Shown here one piece after another: positions 13,156-28,300 of a stretch of 64,000 bases of DNA (its first letter is position 1; every line of letters starts with the position of its first letter). The stretch is from assembly GCA_964016885.1 (NCBI GenBank), contig OZ024753.1:34100001-34164000 (forward strand), written 5' to 3'. This DNA is from Eledone cirrhosa. Its lineage: Eukaryota. Under the pieces are notes generated by a model. It was given only the letters and a program-made list of their open reading frames with translations. It made no database searches and had not been told where the DNA came from. The translations under genes and the position numbers were made by a program.

Positions 13156-14105
13156 ATATTTATATATATATATGCATTATTGTAAGCAGTGATTTTCAAT
13201 GGTTTCCGTTTTATAAACTATTGTTATTTGTGGGAACATTCCGCAATTCTTGACGTTGTGTTTTTGCGTTCCTCTGTATTTTCAGAGATAAGAAATAAAA
13301 ACATGAAACCTCTTCTTAATAGAACCAACAAAACATTTCTTTCATGATCATTTTTTTTCTTGTTTTTTCATGCAATAAATAGATACAGCTGCAAACATGT
13401 TCTTATCTAATTCTAAACATAGATAAATTATACATACAGATTATTAGAATAAAATACACCCATGAATTATTAGAATACGTCGGCATGATGTTATAGTCTT
13501 TTTTTCTTTTCTAACATGGAACTAAATACCCAATGGAAGTTGAATACTAAACAGTACAATGAATCAACAGAATTCTTTATAAATAATTCTAAGAGACCGT
13601 TATTTACGTTGTCAATTGTTAGATTTTTTTTTTTTTTTTTTTTTTGCTTTGCATTCTTAAGTTATCTTATTATAGAAAGAACATTTACTGACCAGGTTCT
13701 GTCGTCGGTTCCTAAGATCATTATTGTAGCTGTTCTGGGTTATACTTTGTACTTGTTAAAGACCACAGAGGGAAAATATTGTCTTTTAATCGAAGTTTCA
13801 GTTTGAATAGATGATAATATAGCTCTGAAAAGGAAAATGGGAAAATTATCTTTTTTCTTTTCGAGATACAAATGTAGTAGTAGTTGTTGGACCTCCGTTG
13901 CTTCATACGAGGAGTGATCCAGTTGGTTCAATCAACGCAATTAATTGCCTGTCCTGTTTGTGAAATTAAAGTGTAAGTGGCTGGGCATTCCACAGACACA
14001 TGCACCTTTAATGTAATTCTCATGGAGATTCGGTAAGACAATGTGTGACATGGCTGGTTCCCCTAAATTACAAGTACAATTCGATTATATATATATATAT
14101 ATACA

Positions 14106-14183
14106 CAGGGTGAACCAAAACAATGTATACACACTTTGATTGGAACGCTATTGAAGTGTGTATACATTTTGGGGGACACCCTG
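14106..14183. mobile_element. Tc1/mariner-type MITE
   Basis: TIRs CAGGGTG...tgtatacacactt / aagtgtgtataca...CACCCTG, followed by TA; related copy at 48002. Confidence 0.75.
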
Positions 14184-14420
14184 TATATACATACGTGTGT
14201 GTGTGTGTAGAGGCCTTGTGAAGAATTAGTGGCAATGTAAGTATAATACTTATTCTCTGCGTTTTTTAACCTAATTAGATTATTCTCTGCAAAATATTAG
14301 ATATGTGGTTTCCTATGATATTGGCAGTGTTCAAAGCTCTGAGGTCTGGGATTTTAGCCATAATTCTTTCATCGAGCCATCATAGATCCACATGATCGTT
14401 ATATATTATATATCGATCTC

Positions 14421-14484
<64 letters not shown>

Positions 14485-14939
14485 GAGAGATAGAGATATA
14501 TGCATGTATATTTATTTGTAGATGTGTGTGTCATGCCAATATATATATTTATATTATATGTATATGTGTATGATTTTGTATACACATATATGTATGTGTG
14601 TGCATATCTGTTTGCGTGTGTATGCAAGTGTAATACACACACATCGTATTGTAACGGAAATTTAGTTACAAAATGGATTATTGTTTATGATTCAATGCAG
14701 TGTGAATTATCCTCATTATTTCCAACCATTATCGACACATTTTATGTCGTTTGGAACGTTATTAAATTATCCCTTATTTCGAGGTATTTTGTGCTGTTGT
14801 TTTTTTATTGAAGCAATAATAAATGACAATATTCTCAGAAATTCTCTGTAGAGTATAAAAATCTCAGTTTGTTCTTGTTAATCGCCTGATTAACAACTTG
14901 CATTGAAAGATTACACTTGAGCTTAAAAAATGTTTTGTC

Positions 14940-15625
14940 AATGGCAAATTGTGAATTGACAGAGTAGTTAAAGCGTAAGACAAAGGTTTTTATTGTATTT
15001 GTTCCTTTCTTCCGGCTCTCTACATTCTGGGTTCGAATCCAGCCGAGATCAACTTGGCTTTTCGTTTTTATGGAGTCAATGAAATAAATTGCCAATCCAC
15101 TGTTGTGGTACATTGGCAGAATTGTTTTAGCGTCAGACGAGATTTTGTGAAGTATTTGTTCCGGTTCTTTGTGTTCTGATTTCAAATCTCCCCTAGGGAA
15201 ACTTTGCCTTTCATTACTCTTTCCAATCGGATATAAAGATTTGTAGTGTTAATTTCGGCTTTCTGTGCTCTGTGTTCAAAACCCACCGAGGTCAACTTTG
15301 CCTTTCATCCTTTCTAGAGCGGAAATAAGATATTAGTTCAGTACTTGGGTCGATTCTTCCTCAATATCTCTTTCTCGCTTCCTCTCTCCCTTTCTTTCTT
15401 TCTTTCTACATCTCTCTCTCTTTCACTTTCTCTCGCTTCCACTGCAAGAAATTGACTATGTTTTGCCCTGGAGAAAAATAGTGATAGTAATAATACGGTG
15501 AGTCATCAGAGCTTCATATAGAATATCTTGCGGTTACTGCTCTGGCTTTCTGCGCTCTGAGTTAAAATTTCGCTCGGGTCAAATTTTACTTGCATCCAAT
15601 TGGAGTCCATAAAATAAAGTACTAG
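14940..15625 (+). mobile_element. Cluster of degenerate tRNA-derived SINEs
   Basis: Repeated gttcgaatcc/gttcaaa B-boxes and gtcaactttgcctttcatcc cores. Confidence 0.6.
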
Positions 15626-16921
15626 TCTATAGCAGTAGATGGGTGGAATCATTGGAATGCCGGATGAGGTGCCTTGCAATATCAGTTACGGTAGTTTGTG
15701 TTCTGGATTCAAATCGCAAAAGTGTTTTTTGCTAACCACTCGATCACGAAATCGTAACTGATTCTGAAAGCCGCAGTGGGTTGAAAGAAGGAGGCTTGCG
15801 GTCGTCTGTTGCTGCAGTCGAACGATGATGACGATTATGAGTACTGATGGTTTATACCATATGTATGAATGATAAGATTTATAGATGACATTTGTGGTGT
15901 TCAACAACAAACAATTAAAACAACAATAAATAATATACCAAAATTAAATTACGTTAAACTTTAGAGAATCACAACAAATTTAAAACACAATTTTAGGAAT
16001 GAACTGCAACAAATATAAATAATATATTAGCTATAGAAAGAGAAAGCAAAAGTAGAATGGGGGCGTTGCAGACAGCAATAGACAGATCAATCTTGTTTAT
16101 TAGCACTTTTCTTTACACACACCTCTTTTCTAGTTTTATGTTTTAGTCAATTAAATGCAACTAGTGGTTAGTGCCTTGAAATTGTTATTTCTGTTGTTAT
16201 TAACTAAATTTAGACTGGATAATCACCGCTCTTTTTCTAATTTATCGTTCTGTTTAATAATGGAAATGATTATTTTAACGAGAGAAAAAGAAAAAGTCTC
16301 GTAAATACGAGCAGGAAAAGAAATGGATTTTATGAACCCGTAATAAAACTGAAACGTAATGCAGTATTTAATTTTCGAGGTGAGGTATGTAAGTGTGCTA
16401 TCTGTAAATAGATATAATACTGCTGCTTTCGAAAAATAACAAAATCACTGATGACAAAAATAATAATGAGAACAAGAAGACGAAGGTGGGGAATATGATG
16501 ATATATTTCTATAATGATGGTAGCAATGTTGATATTGAAGATAATGTAAATGATATTATGAAGAACAATTGCGATTGATGAAGTAAACAAGACAATGATG
16601 TTCATTTTGGATGAAGAGACATGGTAATTATGATGATGACAATGATGATGATAATGATAAAAAGAAGAAGAAGAAGAAGAAGAAGAAGAAGAAGAAGAAG
16701 AAGAAATATAACAATCGTAATAAAATCGTTTAAATCGATACTAAGACTCCATTGATACTATATTTTATCGAACTAGAAATAATAAAATTCAATGTTGACC
16801 TAAGCAAGATTTTAACTCAGAATGTAAAAATCGGCAATTAAAGCTGCAATACATTTTGTCTACGCTCTAACGACTGTACTATATGACAGCAAAAAATACA
16901 AAGATAAAAATACTGAACATG

Positions 16922-16957
<36 letters not shown>

Positions 16958-17160
16958 ACATCATAAGAGCTATATGAAAGTATATACGATGTGTTAATGT
17001 ATAATAAAGGGCTATTTCAGTCTCTTAAAAAAATTCATAACGAGACTCTCGTATGTTTATTACACATAGACATATCGCATATGCTTTCATATACAGACAC
17101 ACAGACAAGCAGGCAGCCTGACAGACAGATAGATATGTTTCTATGTTTGCCACAAGGGCA

Positions 17161-17192
<32 letters not shown>

Positions 17193-17422
17193 ATTTCTAT
17201 TTATTTGCCACGAGGGCACAAAAGAAGGGGACAAATACACAGTGGGGGAGTTTACATAAATCGAGTAAAGAAAAAGGAATAACAATAATAATATAATAAT
17301 AAAAAGTCCTCAAAAGGGAGGGGGCGTGTTCGGGATTGCACATACCCCCGAAAAGTGTGCAACCCTTTTCGCAGGGGAAGCCCAGAGAGGAGGCGCTCCC
17401 CCTTTCCTCTTCACTTCTTCAC

Positions 17423-20400
17423 CTACAGAACAATGTAGAGAGAAGGCCCATTTACACGAGCCATTCTCGCTTCTTTCACCCACCTTTCATAAAACTGTCT
17501 GGGGCCAAGCACTTCTCTCTCCATCCTGATCCTTCTTCCGAAGTGGTATCGGAAGAAGTAAACCAGGTGATGGCCGGAGAGAAAGTCACCCGACCTCAGA
17601 CCTTTCAGGCGCGTCCACCACACAACCTCTTTCATCATGGCTATTACGCACAGAAAGACCGCTTCTGCTTCGTTTCTGAAGGGAGGAGGCGGCTTGATGT
17701 TCACCACAGACTCGGCGGTTAATCGAATCGGCGCCACACGCGACAGCAGTCGTTCGACGTAGCCCCACAGATCGGCAACGCCCGGGCAGTGTACCAGTGC
17801 ATGCGCAACGGTTTCCTCGTCGCGCACGCATCTGGGACAGATCTTTTTCGCTGGATCCCTGCCCGGGCGCCCGTGTCTGTAGAGCTTTTCTCGAACGGGC
17901 AGAGCCCCCCGGTAACACTGCCAGGCTAGGGACCTCTGGAAGTTGTCCATGGGTCCCGGGCCGAAAGTTCTACCGAACAGGCTGGCCAGTTCGTCCTCCT
18001 CCATGCCTAGCGACTCTCCAAGGGTGTCGTCGCCCCTGCTAGCCACCAGCCCTCTATAGAATGTCGAGGTGGATTCTCCACTGACAGTCGGGTCCGCTTG
18101 CCAGATAGCCGTGAGCGCCTGGGCACACTCGGTGTGCCAGTTGCCCAGTTTTCTCGGTCTTTGCTTCACCCAGGATTGCAGCTCGGTGAGCGAGACGAGC
18201 TGTGGGAAGGCTCGCCTCACAAACGGGGCCCACACCGGCTGACCGGTGAGGAATACCTGTAGATGCCGTAGCCTCAATGCGTGCCTACGCATCAACAGCC
18301 ACGGCATACCCAGCCCTCCTTTCGAAGGGTGCTGGCAGCAGATGGATCTCCTCACCATGGGAGGCCGCTTCTTCCAGAGGAACTGGAAGAGCATGCGTTC
18401 CATGATGGTGATCTTTTCCTTGGGGCAAGGCACGACGGTCAGGCGGTAGCAGATGACGGACGCTATGTAAGCGTTCGTCACCTCCGCCCGACCTTTCAGT
18501 GATAGTTTGCACTTGGCCCACTTCTGGGTCAGCGCAAACACCCTGCTCGTCACCTCGCCCCAATTCTTCTCCACCTGGAGGTCCGGTCCGAACCAGACCC
18601 CGAGCAGCTTCACCGGGCCCTCCGTCCACCGCCCGACGACACCGTCTAACGGCATCGGTTTGCCCCTCCACGTTCCGAGTTGCAAACCGACTGACTTGTC
18701 CCGGTTCAGCCTAGCCCCCGTCAGCCTTTCGTATTCCTCCAGTAGGGTGGCGATCGCCCCGATTTCCGAGGCGTCCGCCACCATTACTGTTACGTCGTCG
18801 GCATAGGCCGAGACCGCTTTGTGCAATCCCGGTTCCAGGGGTATGCCCCGCAGCAACTCCAACTTCCGCAGCAGTGGCTCGAGAGTCAATACGTACAGAA
18901 GGGAGGAGAGGGGGCACCCCTGTCTGATGGACCGGGTGATTTGAAACGGCTCCGAGAGGTAGCCGTTTACTTTAATCCTAGAGTAGATGTTGCCACTGTG
19001 CATGGCAGAAATCCAGCCCCTGAAAACGGGTCCGAAGCCCGCCGCCGCTAGCACCGCTTCCAGGTAACCATGGTCGACCCTATCGAACGCCTTAGATTGA
19101 TCCAAGTTGATCAGGGCCCCACCAAAGCCGGGTTCGTTGCCAACCCTCTCTATGATGTATCGCATGAGGTGGAGGTTGTCGTGAATGGACCTGGACGAGA
19201 TAGCGCATGTCTGCGCGTCTCCCACCAAACCACCCACCACAAGCGCCAACCTCTTCGCCAACACCTTGGCCAAAATCTGTAACTCTGCATTCAGCAGAGT
19301 TATGGGCCTAAAGTTACTTAAGTCGTCCCCCTTGCTCTCGTCCTTCCTCACTAGCGTGACCACGCCCTTGGTCACAGAACAGGGAATTCTCCCGTTCTGT
19401 TGCCAGTTGCAATAGACAGCCTCGAGGAGTTCGGAGAACAAGACCGGCATAGCTAAATAAAGTTCGTATGGTAGACCATCGAGACCCGGAGATTTGCGTC
19501 TGCTGCATTGGCTGAGCGCTTCCCCGATTTCAGTGGCTGTGATTGGCCTTTCGCAGCACTCCGCTTCGCCGCTCGAAAGACGCGGTAGACCGTCGAGGTA
19601 TGGACCGAAGTCCACATCCCCGTCCGGCCCCCCGCCCCCTCCGAACAGTCGAGCAAAGTGCCTTTGAAAGGCCTCGCACATCCGCTCAGGTTCAAGGATC
19701 ACCCGTCCATCCTGGTCTCGCAAAGACCGAATGGTGGATTTAATCCCACTCTTGGCTTCTGTCACGCGGGCCCAGCTAACAGCTTTGGTCCCCTCGTTTC
19801 CTAAAGCACGTATTTTACTTCGGACAACGCAGCCTTCGTGCTTCGCGTCAAAGAACTGGCTCAACGCCGTTCTAGCCGCTAACACTCTGGCTACGTCTCC
19901 GCTCCTAATCGCCTCTTCTAGTTTATCTGTTAACTCCCTTTCCTTCCTATTTCTATTCGCCGCTAGTTCCTTACTGTAACCTATCGAACTTACTCTAATC
20001 TCTCTCTTTAGAGATACCCACCACCTACTGTTGACAATCGCTCCCGTCAACCGCATCTTAACTAAGCTACTAATCCGGTTCCTGTAATCTTTCTTTGCCG
20101 GCAAGGACAAGTTCATCTTCCAGTAACCGGGACCCTGTCTATGCGTTCTATCAAGGTTGACCACGCAGGTCACTAATTTGTGATCTGAATAGCCAACCAT
20201 GATCAATTCTGGACAACTAAATATGTCCCTATCCTTACTCCTAACCAAAAACCTATCTAGGTACGATCTAGATTGTCCACTGCGGTTTGCCCAGGTCCAG
20301 GTTGGCGCAGTTGGACAATCTAGTCGAAATCTATCGACCAGGTCGAATCGATCGAGTAACCCCTTGAGGCTGCTACACCCCCCTCTATCGGGACATGCCC

Positions 20401-20862
20401 CTGCATAGTCCCAACGCGCATCTAGGATTCCATTCCAGTCCCCCACTAAAAGCAGGGAACGCGACGTTCCTAGAAAAGTCTCCAGACGCTGGAAGAAGTC
20501 GGCTCTTTCAGCCCCGAAGGGGGCATAAAGACCGACCAGTCTGAAAGCCCCGCCTTCACCGCCTCCGACGTCCAGCACCAGTATTCGACCCCCCGAGCCC
20601 GAGTGAACAATCTGTACGTCGAGAGCCAGACGTTTATCCAGCAGTACGGCAACTCCCCCCCCCCCCGCCTCCGGGTTGACAGAGAGATGCGTGCATCTCA
20701 AAGTCATCGAAGGCGGGAGCCAGCTGTCGCACGCTGCTGATCCGACTCTCGCAAACAACCATCACATCTATACTTCGTGACCTGAGGTCACTTAGTAGCT
20801 TTGCTTGCTTCCAAGCTGAGCCCAGGCCACGCGCGTTCAAACAGCCAACTCTTAATTGATCT
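17423..20862 (-). CDS. ORF2: APE endonuclease - reverse transcriptase - CCHC zinc finger; one frameshift at the G12 run (20655-20666)
   Basis: N-terminus (D)QLRVGCLNARGL..VCESR lies in the 20634-20840 frame. The downstream frame has YAP, GDWN, SYLDRF, SDH, KSPGLDG, FRPITLLN, QGCPLS, YADD and CPRC-x7-H-x4-C. Confidence 0.92.
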
Positions 20863-22705
20863 ATTTTGGTGTTGAAAGTGAAGAAAGAAAAGCACTTACC
20901 TCTCCGGGTTGTGTAATTTCCATGGCGTCAGGTGTGTTGGGTGGAGGGATGTTTTGTGGTGGTGTGGGGGTGCCCGAGTGTGGTTGGGTTGGGGTGTTTG
21001 GAGTTGTGTCGGGTGAGGGGAGGTTATGGGGAAGTCTTTCAAGAGGACGCGATTTAACGGTTTTAAACAGGGGGGGCTCACGTCCTGTCTAAATTGTTCT
21101 TTTAAGGAACGATAAAGGTCCAGAGGGACCTTTATCATTTTTAAATGGGTGAAGTTCTCTGTTGAGATAAAGTTTGGCCCTTCGGTCTGCACCAAAGGGC
21201 TATTGTTTATTAATTTAAACAGTTTTTTTGTTTTCTTTATTTATATATGTGTATTGCAATGTCTTTTTTTGTGATGCTGTCAATGTTTCGGAGAGGGGAA
21301 GCGCAGATTTATTTTTGTTTGTTGAGGGTGGGGTGTTTTTTATTGGAGTTGGTGTTTGTGTGTGGGTTATTTGTGGTGTGCTGGGTGTGTGCTTTCTTTT
21401 TTTTCTTTTAACTTGTCTGAAGGCTTCTCCTCCTTCTTCTTCAGAAGTTGGGGGAAACTCTTCAGCGCTAGGTGGGAGGGACGTCGTGTCTGGTTTTTTT
21501 TTTGCGGGAGGGGTAGATTTGTTGCTGTTTTTTTTTTTATTATTTGTTTGGAATGCGTTTTGTGGTGGTGGTGGTGCTGTTTGTGTCGTGCTTGTGGTTG
21601 GTAATGGTGGTGATGGTGTTTGTGTTGGTGATGGTGGTGGTGATTTTTGTGTCGAGCTTGTGTTTGCTGCTGGTGGTGGTGATGTGCTTGGTGGTGTTTG
21701 TATTTTGTTTGCTGTGTGTGGTATTAGTGTATTTTTGGAGGTGGGTGGTGTTGGTGTACTGTTTGTGGTGGGTGTGGGCAATAGTCCTTTTTGGGGGACA
21801 CGTTTCGGGCAGTTAGCCTTAATGTGTCCCCTTTCCATGCATAAATAGCATGCTGGTCTTCTCCCCTCTACAATTATATCTATTGGGGTGAGCTCATCCA
21901 GCCAGATGCGATCCGGGATTTGTGCTATTCTTTCGGGCCTCATTTGGACTAGTAGGTCGAGGCCCATTCCCAGAAACGCATCTCCGGATGCCTTCCCCAT
22001 TGACAGCACTGTGTCCTCGCCCATGTCTATGAAGCCAGCAATAGCCCACCAGAAGTCCATTGTGGGCAGCATTGTTTGTATTTTTACTCTCTGTGTTCTT
22101 CTACCCATGTAGGAGGGATAGAAGCTGTATGTTGTCGATGTGAGTGGGCTTATGGAAAGCTTCTCCGCCGTTTCCTTGTCTTTTGTTAAGACCGAAATGC
22201 TGCCATAGAGTCGGTCCTTTCGTATGAAGAGAATATTCTTCATATAGTCTTTTAGGACCAACTCTATCTCCATTTGGCTGGGCTGTGCTGGCTTTCTTGT
22301 TTCGTTTAGGATTGTTCTGAAGAGAACTGTGTTCTCGGTTCTCGTTTTCTTGAATTCTGGGGGGGAGTTAATGGAAAACATTCCATTTTCCCCCAAAACA
22401 ATGTGTTTCTTTGCTTCGGCCAGTTTTTCTCTGGCGGCCGTTAGGTCAATTGGTGTGTATGTAATGGATTGTTTTGTTTTCTGGGCGAAAGTTGCCCTGT
22501 TGTTATTTGTATTATTTTCTGTTTGTTTGTTTTCCGTTTGCTCATTTTCCTTAACATTTGTTTTTTCATTTTCTTTGTTTGTTTCTTTGTCTAATTTTGT
22601 TGTAATTAATTTTTGTTCTTCAGACTTGGGGGGCGTGGCAGAGCTAATGGCAGACATGTCTGCCATCTTTTCCGCCATGCTGCCAAGAACGAAATTTTTC
22701 GGCAA
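20861..22705 (-). CDS. ORF1: gag-like protein with CCHC zinc knuckle; 3' part apparently frameshifted
   Basis: CYLCMERGHIKANC knuckle and a Pro/Thr-rich tail. Coding appears to continue past the 21215 stop via a shift at the A7 run (~21223-21229) into the 20896-21195 frame. Confidence 0.8.
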
Positions 22706-23253
22706 AATTAGATATTTATTTTACCCCCTAAAAAGGGGGTAAATGCAAAAATGTTTCCCTAAATAACAGGGGTTAGTGTTCCAAATGTGTTGCACTGAAA
22801 AATTTATCTGGTACTTACATTAGTAAGGGTAAATCCCGATAGAATAGCGGAGCCGATGTGAAGCGTGTCTTACTCTATCAAGATAGATAGACAGACAGAT
22901 AGATAGATTGATAGATAGATAAATACAAAATTATATAATTTCACATTGAGAAAATTTGTTTCTATTATATTAAAAATTTCTATTTATCTAGAGAATAGAA
23001 ATATTTTCCCAAAGCTCTTTACGTAAAGAATAACAATCTGCTGACATTTCTAAAATAGACAATAGTTCCAATTTTGTTTCTTATTTTTGCGATCTTGTTT
23101 TCTACTTCAATTTCATAACTTTCGAAAATTTGATGTGTGAAGAAACAAGAAAACATTAAGGAGATTCTGTGTAGATTTTGTTTCATATTGGTAACTATTT
23201 AATTTTCTGTCGTTATATATTTTTCTTCGCAAGTTTGCATCTAAATAGACATC

Positions 23254-25560
<2,307 letters not shown>

Positions 25561-25766
25561 ATATAGAAATACATGCACACATACATATCTATATATACAT
25601 ATATATAATTATATCAATATATATTTCTTGCGTTTTGTTGTCCCATTATGTGTTAAAATGTATTAATTTTCCAATATTTACATCTAGACATGGGTTATTT
25701 ACAAGAACCAATTAGTGACAACAACTTCAAAACTAATTACATATCTGATGTTACTCGGATTTGCAC

Positions 25767-26245
25767 ATCATCATCATCATCATCATCATGATCAACGTTT
25801 AACGTGCATATTCCACGCTTGCATGGGTTTGGACGCGAATGTTCCCACTTGAGGCAAGATTGGTTGTCTTGCTCGCATAGGACAGTCTGTCGGGTTTTCT
25901 ACGGCTGGATGCCCTTCCTAACACCAACCACATTTACAGTGTGGACTGGGAGGTTTTTACCGTGTTACCTACACGGCCACATTACAGCGTGGACTGTGTG
26001 TTTTTTTGTCGTGACACCTACACGACCTCATTTATTTCGGACTGGATGTTGTTGTACCAACATAATTTTACATCGAAAGGGGTGGTGTGGATGGAGTGGG
26101 GGTAGTGGGACGGGGGTGTATTTTTGTTAAGAGGTGCCTACTGACTGTAGGTTTCGCTTTGTACTTAGCCAAGGCGGGTCTTCTGTATTACTGTGTAGCG
26201 CCAAAGATCTCGTTCCAGTGACATTGTCTTGGAGAGGTGTAAGTG
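25767..26245 (-). mobile_element. RTE-clade LINE 3' UTR with (ATG)n tail
   Basis: High similarity to 38788-39250, which is contiguous with an RTE ORF2 C-terminus. Confidence 0.8.
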
Positions 26246-26410
26246 CACAGTCGGCAATATTTCAAAGAAGGATATATATCGCCGATTCATTCCAACCAGG
26301 CATATGACTGTTATTTACTTAGTGGCATGCTTAAAACGAACATCACTTCGTTTAATCAGAAAGAGATGGTAGTTTTTGTTCAAGGGAACGAATGAATATA
26401 TATATATATA

Positions 26411-26757
26411 TGTTTACATCTTTCTATGCATACAATATTGGTTTACAATCTTGTTTAGTAGAGTATAGCATTAAAACAAAACATATTAACATACCAATAT
26501 CTAATTAACTAAGTAATGAATGGTTATGCTGTGAATTAACTTTCAAAACTTGATTCAGTGGAATGATACGTAATGCCCCCTCCCCCAGCCTCGGCGGACA
26601 GAATGGAGAAGGCGTTTCCTCGGAGGACGGCAAGGGAGACGCGCTGGAAAAGCCACTCCAATTCGCGGGGCTCACACCTGCGGCTGGCCAGCTCAGCGCC
26701 TATGGTGGTGAGTAGGGAGGTAGCCCTAGGGCCGAGGACACCAGAAGTCTCAAGCAC
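26411..26757 (-). mobile_element. 3' fragment of CRE-like (restriction-like endonuclease) non-LTR retrotransposon
   Basis: LETSGVLGPRA...EPRELEWLFQRVSLAVLRGNAFSIL matches the C-terminal RLE region of CRE-type elements. It is a GC-rich island whose 3' UTR ends at a TA run. Confidence 0.78.
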
Positions 26758-27014
26758 AGATTAAAAGTTTAAGCAGTGTTTCTGCTGTTACCCTAAAGCA
26801 GGGTCTTCTGAAACTTAGAAAATTCAATACGTGGACGCAAAACATTACAAATTATTGACACATATATATATATATATAATAATAATAAATGTGAAGGGTG
26901 AAATCAGCGATTCTTTGCTTAAACTTTAATCTGTTATTTTAATAAATATATACATATATATATATATATACAATGATATTAAATAAATGGAAACTATATT
27001 TATAAAACCATATT

Positions 27015-27076
27015 TATTCAATTATATATATTTCAAGGGTACCAAAACTTTTGGTACGCTATCATCAGATAAAATA
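27015..27076 (-). ncRNA. Type I hammerhead motif
   Basis: Reverse complement reads tattttat-CTGATGA-tagc gtaccaaaa g ttttggtac cctt-GAAA-tatata-TA-attgaata. Confidence 0.75.
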
Positions 27077-27171
27077 CAAAATGTTTTATAAATATTTGAC
27101 ATGACCAAGGATAATATACCTTAACGGTTCAAGTTATCCTTGGTCATGTCAAATATTTATAAAACATTTTG

Positions 27172-27226
27172 TATTTTATCTGATGATAGCACATTTTGGT
27201 ACCCTTGAAATATATATAATTGAATA
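27172..27226 (+). ncRNA. Type I hammerhead motif (stem II partly deleted)
   Basis: tattttat-CTGATGA-..-GAAA-tatata-TA-attgaata. Confidence 0.7.
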
Positions 27227-27363
27227 AATATGGTTTTATAAATATAGTTTCCATTTATTTAATATCATTGAATATTTACTCCAGAAACTTGTCGAGTGCT
27301 CTGAATCAGTTATAAACATTTATATTTATTTGTTGTATTTCCAACAAATTAAATATCCCTTCT

Positions 27364-27419
<56 letters not shown>

Positions 27420-28082
27420 GGGGGATCCAAAGGGCTATGCACGTGTTTGTATCTTTTGAAAAAGAGTTTGGGAAAGATATAATCAGTTTGAGAGTCAGAG
27501 GAAAGGAAGTGAAAAGAACTATCGTCTGTTAAATCATTAAAGTTAATGTGTGAAAAATAAACTAAAGAACGCTCTACCTTCGGTTGTGTGCGTGCAGGAC
27601 GGGAGTATTTAGACTATATAAGTGGCCTGGACTTGACCGGAAGAATGTCCTATCTGCACTACTAAAAAAAAAAAAGTATTAATTAGTATTATTATTATTG
27701 TTACTGATATTATAATTTTCAATATAGAACTTTAAATATGAAAAGAATATTTTAGCTGAAAGTCTTGACATGAGAAAATAATGATATTCAGAAACAGAAA
27801 TGGAGTTTTTTTTTCTTTTTTTTTTTTATCTTTTTTTGTTTAGAAGTAACAAGATATTTGCATATCATTAAGTGTCATGCAATGACAGCTAGTTCTCAAA
27901 AAATAAAATTTTTAATTATTTTCTTTCTTTCAGTATGCTTATCCAGGATTGCGAAATCTTACATGATTACAGTTAGTAGCGTCTGGGATAATTATTTCAC
28001 ATGGAGTGAATATATTGATTAATATTCACTAACAAAGCATCATTACCATCACCACTATTGCTACTACTATTACTAATAATAA

Positions 28083-28300
28083 TGGTTTCTGATTTAGGCA
28101 CAAGGCCAGCATTACTCTTACTTTGTTTTATCGACCCTGTAAGGATGAAAGGCAAAGTTAACCTCGGCGGATTTGAAATCAGTACGTAAAGGGCCATAAC
28201 TCTATGCTGAAAAACATGGCGTCCAACCCTCTACTGATACTGTCAGTTTCTGATTTAGGCACAAGGCCAACAATTTGAGAGGAGGGGAAAATCGATTAAG
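28083..28300 (-). mobile_element. tRNA-derived SINE
   Basis: ggcacaaggccagc..ttatcgaccctgtaaggatgaaaggcaaagttaacctcggcggatttgaa. Confidence 0.8.

Larger units (their letters stand above)
17191..22880 (-). mobile_element. Near full-length L1/Tx1-clade non-LTR retrotransposon within a (GATA)n array
   Basis: Two ORFs; 5' end gagtaagacacgcttcacatcggctccg; 3' end gtgccctcgtggcaaataaatagaaattt; (AGAT)n on both flanks. Confidence 0.93.
26971..27370. mobile_element. Palindromic element with two hammerheads plus a single tail, in (TA)n
   Basis: Arms 26971-27113 and 27134-27270; related to 4720-4950. Confidence 0.85.

Noticed and set aside
20861-20899. GTAAGT...TAG on the minus strand resembling an intron between ORF1 and ORF2
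   Set aside because: Only 39 nt, too short for a typical metazoan intron; more simply the end of ORF1.
17326-22742. Plus-strand and alternative-frame ORFs overlapping the LINE
   Set aside because: Shadow ORFs of GC-rich retrotransposon coding sequence.
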